Shown here in pieces: positions 25,496 to 32,276 of a stretch of 32,276 bases of DNA. The position numbers were made by a program, and so were the translations under genes. The notes beneath the pieces were generated by a model, which saw only the letters and a list, made by a program, of their open reading frames with translations, was not told the DNA's origin and did not search any database. The stretch is from positions 1-32,276 of IMG/VR virus record IMGVR_UViG_3300005662_002409. One strand, 5' to 3'. This DNA comes from a virus. Taxonomy: Duplodnaviria; Caudoviricetes. Positions within the stretch are counted from its first letter, which is position 1. Each line of letters opens with the position of its first letter.

Positions 25496-28149
25496 GTTAT
25501 GTTGATGTATTACATGATAGGGACAAGGATGTCTTGCACGTTGTAGAACGTGTAGATGGCAATAGAGTCTACACTGACTATCCAGCACGATATGTGTTCT
25601 ACTATGGAGATCCTAAAGGTAAGTTTACCACAATCTTTAATACTCCGTGTACACGAGTAATAACAAGGACTTGGAAGGACTTCCAAAAGGAACGTAAGAT
25701 TGCCAGTGACAAGAAATTATTCGAGTCAGACATTAATCCTATCTTCCGTTGTTTAGAAGACAACTACCTAGACAAAGAAGCACCAAAGCTACACACTTGC
25801 TTCTTCGACATTGAGGTAGACTTTGATCCAGAGCGTGGCTTTTCTAGCAGTGACGATGCATTCATGCCAATTACTGCTATTACTGCTCACTTAGGCTGGA
25901 CCGGTACTACTGTTACACTAGCAGTGCCTCCTAAGACACTAACTGTTGAGCGGGCACAGGCATTAGTGTCAGAGTTTGACAACACATTTATCTTTGAACG
26001 TGAAGCAGACATGTTGGATACGTTCTTGGATCTAATTGAAGATGCAGACGTACTAACTGGTTGGAACAGTGAGGGCTATGATATTCCCTATACTGTTAAT
26101 CGTATTGCCAAAGTACTAAGCAAAGATGATACTCGCAGGATGTGCTTGTGGAATCAGTATCCTAAGAAGCGTGAGTATGAAAAGTTTGGCAACAAGCAAT
26201 TTACCTATGACTTAGTAGGTCGTGTACATGCAGACTATCTTGAACTGTATCGCAAGTATACCTATGAAGAACGACACAGCTATCGTCTAGATGCTATCGG
26301 CGAATACGAACTAGGTGAAAAGAAGACACAGTACGAAGGTACACTAGATCAGTTGTATAACAAGGACTTCAAGAAGTTTATTGAATACAACAGACAAGAC
26401 GTTCACTTGCTAGTTAAAATGGATGCCAAGCTACAGTTCTTGGATCTTAGTAACGTTATTGCACACCAGAACTCAGTGTTGATTCCGACTACTATGGGTG
26501 CGGTTGCTACTACTGAACAGGCTATTATCAACGAATGCCATCGTCGTGGACTTATTGTTCCTAGCAGAAAGAATCGCACAGAAGATCAGCAGACACAGGC
26601 CGCAGGTGCGTATGTTGCTTATCCTAAGAAGGGCATTCACGAGTGGATCGGTGCTATTGACATTAACTCACTGTACCCTTCGGCGATTCGTGCATTGAAC
26701 ATGGGACCAGAAACAATCATTGGGCAGTTGCGTCCTAGTATGACGCAGGCATTGATTGAAGGCCGCATGAAGGAAAAGAAGAGCTTTGCTGAAAGTTGGG
26801 AAGGCGAGTTTGGTGCTAGAGAGTTTGAAGCAGTACACAATCGTGATGCTGGTGTAGAACTTGTTATTGACTGGGAAACTGGTATTAGCGAACACTACAG
26901 CGCCGCCGAGGTATGGAAACTAATCTTTGACAGTAACAAGCCTTGGATCTTGTCAGCTAACGGCACATTGTTTACTTACGAAACAGAAGGTATCATCCCA
27001 GGCTTGTTGGCCCGCTGGTACAGTGAACGTAAGGAAATGCAAAAGAAAGCCAAGAGTGCAGAAACTGATGCAGACAAGGAGTACTGGGACAAACGTCAGC
27101 TGGTTCGTAAGATTCAGTTGAACAGTTTGTATGGTGCTATTCTAAATCCAGGTTGCAGATTCTTTGATATTCGCATTGGGCAAAGTACTACACTAACTGG
27201 TCGGCAGATTGCCAAACACATGGCAGGTACCATCAATGAGGTACTAACTGGCGTTAAGGATCACACAGGAGATACTATTATCTATGGTGATACTGACTCT
27301 TGTTACTTTAGTGCATATACTACACTCAAAGATCGTATTGACAGTGGCGAAATCACCTGGAACAAAGAAACTGTAGTTAAGCTCTACGATAACATTGCAG
27401 AAGAAGTCAATAATAGTTTTCCGCAGTTCATGTATGATACATTCCACGTACCATTGGATCGTGGCGGTGTTATTAAAGGCGGTCGTGAACTAGTTGCCAG
27501 TGCAGGTTTGTTTATTACTAAAAAGCGTTATGCAGTTCTTATCTATGATTTAGAAGGTAAGCGCATGGATGTTAACGGCAAGCTAGGTAAGATTAAAGCC
27601 ATGGGCTTGGATCTAAAGCGCAGTGATACTCCGGAGTTTATTCAGAACTTCCTTAGTGAGGTTTTAGAGAAGACTTTAACTGGTAGTAAGGAAGATCAAG
27701 TACTCAAGCACATTGAGGAATTCCGTAATCACTTTAGACAACTACCAGCTTGGCAGAAGGGTACTCCTAAACGAGTTAACAACCTAACCAAGTTCCGTGA
27801 AGCAGAGGATAGGCAAGGCAAAGCTAACATGCCTGGACACGTTCGTGCAAGTCTTAACTGGAACACACTCAAGAAGATGCACGGCGACAAGTATAGTCTA
27901 CAGATCATGGACGGACAGAAAGTTATTGTGTGCAAGGTTAAATCTAATCCACTTAACTTTACCAGTGTTGCATATCCTGTAGATGAAATGAGCTTACCGC
28001 AATGGTTCAAAGAACTTCCATTCGCAGAAAACGAAATGGAGGAAACACTAATTGATAACAAACTTGAAAACCTTATTGGCGTACTAGGATGGCAGACTAA
28101 AGTATCCTATGCCGCAGAGGCTTTCAACAACTTCTTTGACTTTGAATGA
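25492..28149 (+). CDS. Family B DNA polymerase with 3'-5' exonuclease
   Basis: Exonuclease motifs FDIE, GWNSEGYDIPY and YNRQDV. Polymerase motifs DINSLYPS, KIQLNSLYG, YGDTDS and KKRY. Start taken as ATG 25492. Confidence 0.97.
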   Translation: MSYVDVLHDRDKDVLHVVERVDGNRVYTDYPARYVFYYGDPKGKFTTIFNTPCTRVITRTWKDFQKERKIASDKKLFESDINPIFRCLEDNYLDKEAPKLHTCFFDIEVDFDPERGFSSSDDAFMPITAITAHLGWTGTTVTLAVPPKTLTVERAQALVSEFDNTFIFEREADMLDTFLDLIEDADVLTGWNSEGYDIPYTVNRIAKVLSKDDTRRMCLWNQYPKKREYEKFGNKQFTYDLVGRVHADYLELYRKYTYEERHSYRLDAIGEYELGEKKTQYEGTLDQLYNKDFKKFIEYNRQDVHLLVKMDAKLQFLDLSNVIAHQNSVLIPTTMGAVATTEQAIINECHRRGLIVPSRKNRTEDQQTQAAGAYVAYPKKGIHEWIGAIDINSLYPSAIRALNMGPETIIGQLRPSMTQALIEGRMKEKKSFAESWEGEFGAREFEAVHNRDAGVELVIDWETGISEHYSAAEVWKLIFDSNKPWILSANGTLFTYETEGIIPGLLARWYSERKEMQKKAKSAETDADKEYWDKRQLVRKIQLNSLYGAILNPGCRFFDIRIGQSTTLTGRQIAKHMAGTINEVLTGVKDHTGDTIIYGDTDSCYFSAYTTLKDRIDSGEITWNKETVVKLYDNIAEEVNNSFPQFMYDTFHVPLDRGGVIKGGRELVASAGLFITKKRYAVLIYDLEGKRMDVNGKLGKIKAMGLDLKRSDTPEFIQNFLSEVLEKTLTGSKEDQVLKHIEEFRNHFRQLPAWQKGTPKRVNNLTKFREAEDRQGKANMPGHVRASLNWNTLKKMHGDKYSLQIMDGQKVIVCKVKSNPLNFTSVAYPVDEMSLPQWFKELPFAENEMEETLIDNKLENLIGVLGWQTKVSYAAEAFNNFFDFE

Positions 28150-29096
28150 CACCACCGGAGTTATATCGTGCATGGTTGCTGACTGTAGAGCAACAAACTC
28201 GCTTTGATGAGTTTGTTGAACACTGGGGCACTAATTTGCATCGCTTGCCTAAAGGTCCTCACTTAGAAGACTACGGCAAGAGTATTACTGCGGCACGTGA
28301 AAGAGTATTCTTTGACTTGATACCTTACCAGCATTGGCTGATTGAGAATCAAGAAAACTTACATTACTCAGATGTTGCCAACGGCAGTTGGTTCAAACGT
28401 AGTCCTGCGTGGCATGTAATCTACCTTGATACACTATACACTTGTGAGCCTACTAAGTTAAACTATGCTATTCATTTATTGCGTATGCATAGTAACCACT
28501 TGTACACTTGCCTGTATTTGGGCTGTGGTAGGGGTGTATGGAAGCGTGAGCTAGCTAGTTTTAACCCAATCATCTGTGCTGATATCAATCCACAGTTGTT
28601 TGACTATGTCAAAGAAGGATATGCTGACGTATTCTTCGAGATGGATCGTATGCGTTTTGTAACTGTTAAGATGCGACAGCTACAAGGCATGGAAGACAAT
28701 AGTGTAGAGTTTGTATTCAGCTGGGAGACCTTTCCATTGATGTCTCCAGATGAAATCAAAGCTATGCTCAAAGAAGTTAATCGTGTGCTCAAGCCCGGCG
28801 GCAGAGCAATGATTCATTTTGCAGATGCATTTAACAGCGAAGACTATGCTTGGATAGAACAAAAGCACTGGGCGTATATGGATCGCTGGAAATTTATCGA
28901 CTTGGTACGCAACGAAGAATTGATACCATTAAAGATTACAGTAGACGATGCTCCTAGGTCTACTTGTATGTTAGTTCAGAAACCCGGAGATACCTCAGTG
29001 TACGGTATGGCGCCAGAGAATTACAGAAAAGTTGATACTCAGGCACTAGATCGTCTAATTACAATATCAGATTTACCTAAGGAAGAAACACCATGA
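28146..29096 (+). CDS. Class I SAM-dependent methyltransferase with N-terminal extension
   Basis: Contains LYLGCGRG, ADIN, DNSVEFVFS and RVLKPGG. Confidence 0.85.
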   Translation: MTPPELYRAWLLTVEQQTRFDEFVEHWGTNLHRLPKGPHLEDYGKSITAARERVFFDLIPYQHWLIENQENLHYSDVANGSWFKRSPAWHVIYLDTLYTCEPTKLNYAIHLLRMHSNHLYTCLYLGCGRGVWKRELASFNPIICADINPQLFDYVKEGYADVFFEMDRMRFVTVKMRQLQGMEDNSVEFVFSWETFPLMSPDEIKAMLKEVNRVLKPGGRAMIHFADAFNSEDYAWIEQKHWAYMDRWKFIDLVRNEELIPLKITVDDAPRSTCMLVQKPGDTSVYGMAPENYRKVDTQALDRLITISDLPKEETP

Positions 29097-29824
29097 TCAA
29101 AGATGTATTACAAGACTTAATCAAATATGTTCACAGCGTTGGAGTATTTCCAGCCTTGCATATTACACAGACCGCAGATGGCATGACTATTAAGAGTGCT
29201 GCCGCTGACAAAACATCAGTAGTAACTGCTGAAACTTCGCTGAAGATTGGCGACAGCGAACTAGTGTATGGTCTCGGTCAACTCGAACTACTTGACTATC
29301 TAATCAAGTGCCCAGAGTACAAAGAAAATGAAAAGATTGCGCTAGTCAATGACGACGATGGCAAGTTGAGTAAAGTAGTGTTTACCAATGCCGCAGGCGA
29401 CTTTACTAACAGCTATCGCTTCATGAGCCAAACACTAATTGAAACTTTAGTTAAGGCTAACTTAAAAGCCAAAGGCATCCAGTGGCTTGCTGAAGTTACT
29501 CCACCTGTAGCTAGTATCCAACGTTTTAACATGCAGGCATCTGCTAACAGCGGAGAGCAGAGCTTTATGATTAAAAGCGATGCAGACAAGCTAGTTATTA
29601 CTTTTGGTACTCCTGCAACCAGCGGCGGTAGTTTTACGTTTGCCACTGATGTAGTTGGTAAGATTAATGTCCAACAGTATCCAGTACAGACATTCCAAAA
29701 GATTCTTAACCTAAGTGCAAACGCTAAGACTGTTAAGCTAAAGATTGCAGACGGTATCATGTGCTTTGAATTGGACAGTGGTTTGGTAAAGTATGAATTC
29801 TTTATCATGACGTTGTCTAAATAA
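29093..29824 (+). CDS. Probable sliding clamp (gp45/PCNA-like)
   Basis: 243 aa with two repeated alpha/beta halves and a C-terminal G...F.LDSGL..YEF. Sits next to PolB, and a clamp loader is present in the window. Confidence 0.6.
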   Translation: MIKDVLQDLIKYVHSVGVFPALHITQTADGMTIKSAAADKTSVVTAETSLKIGDSELVYGLGQLELLDYLIKCPEYKENEKIALVNDDDGKLSKVVFTNAAGDFTNSYRFMSQTLIETLVKANLKAKGIQWLAEVTPPVASIQRFNMQASANSGEQSFMIKSDADKLVITFGTPATSGGSFTFATDVVGKINVQQYPVQTFQKILNLSANAKTVKLKIADGIMCFELDSGLVKYEFFIMTLSK

Positions 29825-29827
29825 TTC

Positions 29828-29856
29828 TTGACTTTAACTCTAATAAAAAGTAAAAT
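29828..29856 (+). promoter_or_regulatory. Sigma70-like promoter, probably leaderless
   Basis: TTGACT-17 nt-TAAAAT, then 6 nt and ATG 29863. No SD. Confidence 0.75.
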
Positions 29857-29862
29857 AAACAC

Positions 29863-31326
29863 ATGTTCGACAGAGATAACCTTACCGCTAAACAAAACGA
29901 CTATGCAGTGTTTCTTCCTGCACTTAGCGGATTTTACGCAACGTATGTAGGCAAGCAACGGCATGATCCTACATACGTTGACCCTGCACGAGTCCCAACA
30001 GACTTCGAACATGGCGTTGAAGGCATGAATTGGTTGAATGCAGACCAAGGCTACTTTACATATAAGTGGAGTTTGTATTCCGCTGGACACGCTGATTTAG
30101 ATACCACTAAGATTGCGCCAAAAGAAGATATGGTTCGTAATCGGGATCGTGCAAATACATTTTTACTAGGCGACTCTGGCGGATTCCAAATTGGTAAAGG
30201 CGTATGGGAAGGCAACTGGAAAGATCCTAACTGTCCTAAGGCACAGAAGAAGCGTGAGCAAGTGCTGGCGTGGATGGATGCATACATGGATTATGGTATG
30301 GGGTTAGATATTCCAGCATGGGTTGCTCGTAGTCCTGCTGGACAGAAAGCCACAGGCATTACCACATACGACGAAGCAGTACAAGGTACATTCATTAACA
30401 ATGATTGGTTTATTAACAATCGCAACGGTAACTGTAAGTTCCTAAACGTATTACAAGGCGAAAATCATACTGATGCCGATGGCTGGTATGATCACATGAA
30501 GAAATACTGTGACCCAAAACAATACCCCGGTAGACATTTTAACGGCTGGGCTATGGGTGGACAGAATATGTGCGACATCCACTTAACATTACGCAGACTT
30601 GTTGCATTGAGGTTTGACGGTTTACTTGAAAAAGGAATCCATGATTGGATGCACTTCTTAGGTACCAGTAAGTTAGAGTGGGCTACTTTGCTTACAGACA
30701 TTCAACGTGCTGTGCGTAAGCATCATAACGAAAACTTCACTGTAAGTTTTGATTGTGCAAGTCCTTTCCTAGCAACAGCCAACGGACAAATCTACTACGA
30801 AGTTGATACAACAGATCAACAGAAGTGGAGTTACCGCATGAGCCCTAGTGTAGACGATAAGAAGTATGCAACTGATACTCGGCGATTCCGTGATGCAGTT
30901 ATGCAAGATGGACACTTCCGTAACTTCATCGACAGTCCAATCATTCAGCGCACTGAGATGAAAGATGTTTGCATCTATGCCCCCGGTGACCTAAATAAAA
31001 TCGGCAAAGAAGGTAAGACTAGCTGGGATAGTTTCAGCTATGCTATCCAAATGGGTCACAATGTATGGACACACATCCATGCAGTTCAAGAAGCTAATCG
31101 CCAGTACGATGCTGGCGCCAAGCCTAGCATGCTAATGCACACAGAAGGTGATTTGAAATTCTTCCGTGACATTGTAGAAGACATTTTTGCTACTAGCGAT
31201 AAAGCTCGTGCAGAAGAACTAGTAGAAGAATACAGCCGGTACTGGATGAGTATCATCGGTACACGTGGTGCTACTGGTAAAAAGACACTTAACGCATCCA
31301 CTTCCTATAACAAATTTTTCGAGTAA
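29863..31326 (+). CDS. TGT/DpdA-like base-exchange transglycosylase
   Basis: Contains GDSGGFQ, LDIP, VLQG, GWAMGG, HFLG, SFDCASP and HN in TGT order. No CxCxxC. Confidence 0.85.
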   Translation: MFDRDNLTAKQNDYAVFLPALSGFYATYVGKQRHDPTYVDPARVPTDFEHGVEGMNWLNADQGYFTYKWSLYSAGHADLDTTKIAPKEDMVRNRDRANTFLLGDSGGFQIGKGVWEGNWKDPNCPKAQKKREQVLAWMDAYMDYGMGLDIPAWVARSPAGQKATGITTYDEAVQGTFINNDWFINNRNGNCKFLNVLQGENHTDADGWYDHMKKYCDPKQYPGRHFNGWAMGGQNMCDIHLTLRRLVALRFDGLLEKGIHDWMHFLGTSKLEWATLLTDIQRAVRKHHNENFTVSFDCASPFLATANGQIYYEVDTTDQQKWSYRMSPSVDDKKYATDTRRFRDAVMQDGHFRNFIDSPIIQRTEMKDVCIYAPGDLNKIGKEGKTSWDSFSYAIQMGHNVWTHIHAVQEANRQYDAGAKPSMLMHTEGDLKFFRDIVEDIFATSDKARAEELVEEYSRYWMSIIGTRGATGKKTLNASTSYNKFFE

Positions 31327-31329
31327 GTT

Positions 31330-32211
31330 ATGAAAAAAAGCCTTATAGTAGGCATGGGCTTTGGCCAAGCAGTATATAAACCTGTATTGGTAAGCCTGGG
31401 CTATCAGGTAATCACTGTAGATCCTTTAAAGGATGCAGACTTTAAATCAGTACAAGATGCTATTGCAGAGCATGGTCACTTTGATACTGTTAACATTTGC
31501 ACACCAAACTGTACACACGAATCTATTGCTAGAGAAGTAGCACCACATGCAAGTGTCATCTTCGTAGAAAAGCCTGGTGTAATTAACAGCGATGCTTGGA
31601 AGAATCTAACAATAGACTTTCCCTCGACTAGAATTACAATGGTCAAGAACAACCAGTATCGTGAACAGATTACAAAGTTTAAAGAACTTGCAGATACTGC
31701 CACTAGAGTAACAGTTAAATGGAATAGTAAAAATCGTATTCCAAATCCAGGTAGTTGGTTTACTACTAAAGATCTTTCATTCGGTGGAGTTAGTAGAGAT
31801 TTAATCCCACACATGTTAAGTTATTACTGTGTACTATCAAATTATAAAATCGGGAACAAACTATATGCCAATGCTGTACAGCGGCATGTACTATCAGACA
31901 TAGTAGACACAGACTATGGTGTTGTTAACCAAAATGGCATTTACAATGTAGATGACTTTTGTGAATTCGAATTCAAAAACGGCAACACTACATGGGTACT
32001 AACAGCAAACTGGAAAGATAACATCGCCGACGATAGTAGTATTAGCTTCGAAACAGCTACAACCGCTATAAGATTTGAACTTGGCTTATGTCCAGAAGAA
32101 GCATATAAGAAAATGATAGGGTCTGCTATCACTAACCTAAATAATGATGACTACTGGAAAGAGCAACTTGCTCAAGACCTATGGATTCATCGACAAATAG
32201 AAAACCTATGA
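31330..32211 (+). CDS. Gfo/Idh/MocA family oxidoreductase
   Basis: Contains IVGMG.G, ICTPN.TH, FVEKPG, W......GG...DL.PH and VDD. Confidence 0.88.
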   Translation: MKKSLIVGMGFGQAVYKPVLVSLGYQVITVDPLKDADFKSVQDAIAEHGHFDTVNICTPNCTHESIAREVAPHASVIFVEKPGVINSDAWKNLTIDFPSTRITMVKNNQYREQITKFKELADTATRVTVKWNSKNRIPNPGSWFTTKDLSFGGVSRDLIPHMLSYYCVLSNYKIGNKLYANAVQRHVLSDIVDTDYGVVNQNGIYNVDDFCEFEFKNGNTTWVLTANWKDNIADDSSISFETATTAIRFELGLCPEEAYKKMIGSAITNLNNDDYWKEQLAQDLWIHRQIENL

Positions 32212-32276
32212 CACGTTGTTTACAAACTACAGGGCAGGGCTACTTCGAAGAAGTAGAATACAATAAACCTGAACCC
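32208..32276 (+). CDS. 5' end of the next gene, possibly an MDR/Zn-binding alcohol dehydrogenase-like protein
   Basis: ATGA overlap. MTRCLQTTGQGYFEEVEYNKPEP resembles MDR N-termini, but only 23 codons are visible. Confidence 0.45.
   Translation, partial: MTRCLQTTGQGYFEEVEYNKPEP

Noticed and set aside
25492-28149. Intein or intron in the DNA polymerase (long segment between motifs A and B)
   Set aside because: The ORF is continuous, with no C/S...HN splice motifs or homing endonuclease signature. It is treated as a family insertion.
21018-30090. Long antisense ORFs such as 21285..21788, 22935..23249 and 29413..30090
   Set aside because: They lie opposite well-supported genes and have no motifs or expression signals.

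Overview
This window is a gene-dense, AT-leaning segment of a large tailed bacteriophage (jumbo or T4-like replication type) that uses the standard code and probably infects a Gram-negative host, judging by the spanin pair and an outer-membrane barrel. From left to right it has five parts. (1) A glycan/modification block: two radical-SAM enzymes, two paralogous GT2-like proteins, an NDP-sugar epimerase, an NDP-sugar C-methyltransferase and a miniature malonyl-CoA-decarboxylase-like GNAT. (2) A tRNA region (Thr-UGU, Ala-UGC, Val-UAC, atypical Ser-GCU) with secreted/membrane genes and an unannotated ~100-nt multibranch RNA with a predicted loop-loop kiss. (3) Host-takeover and metabolic genes: guaC, YkuK-like RNase H, metK, clpP, MazG, AbrB-like, clamp loader, phoH, infA, spanins, J-domain protein, clpA, apt, MTA/SAH nucleosidase. 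(4) Replication genes: family-B DNA polymerase, a methyltransferase and a probable sliding clamp. (5) A TGT/DpdA-like base-exchange transglycosylase coupled to a Gfo/Idh/MocA oxidoreductase and a probable further dehydrogenase, which is the best candidate for an undescribed nucleic-acid modification system. Two promoter classes are visible (sigma70-like TTGACA-17-TATACT and late-type TAA(A/G)TA), and several place the transcription start on the start codon, implying leaderless mRNAs. All calls come from motif recognition by eye; no searches were run.
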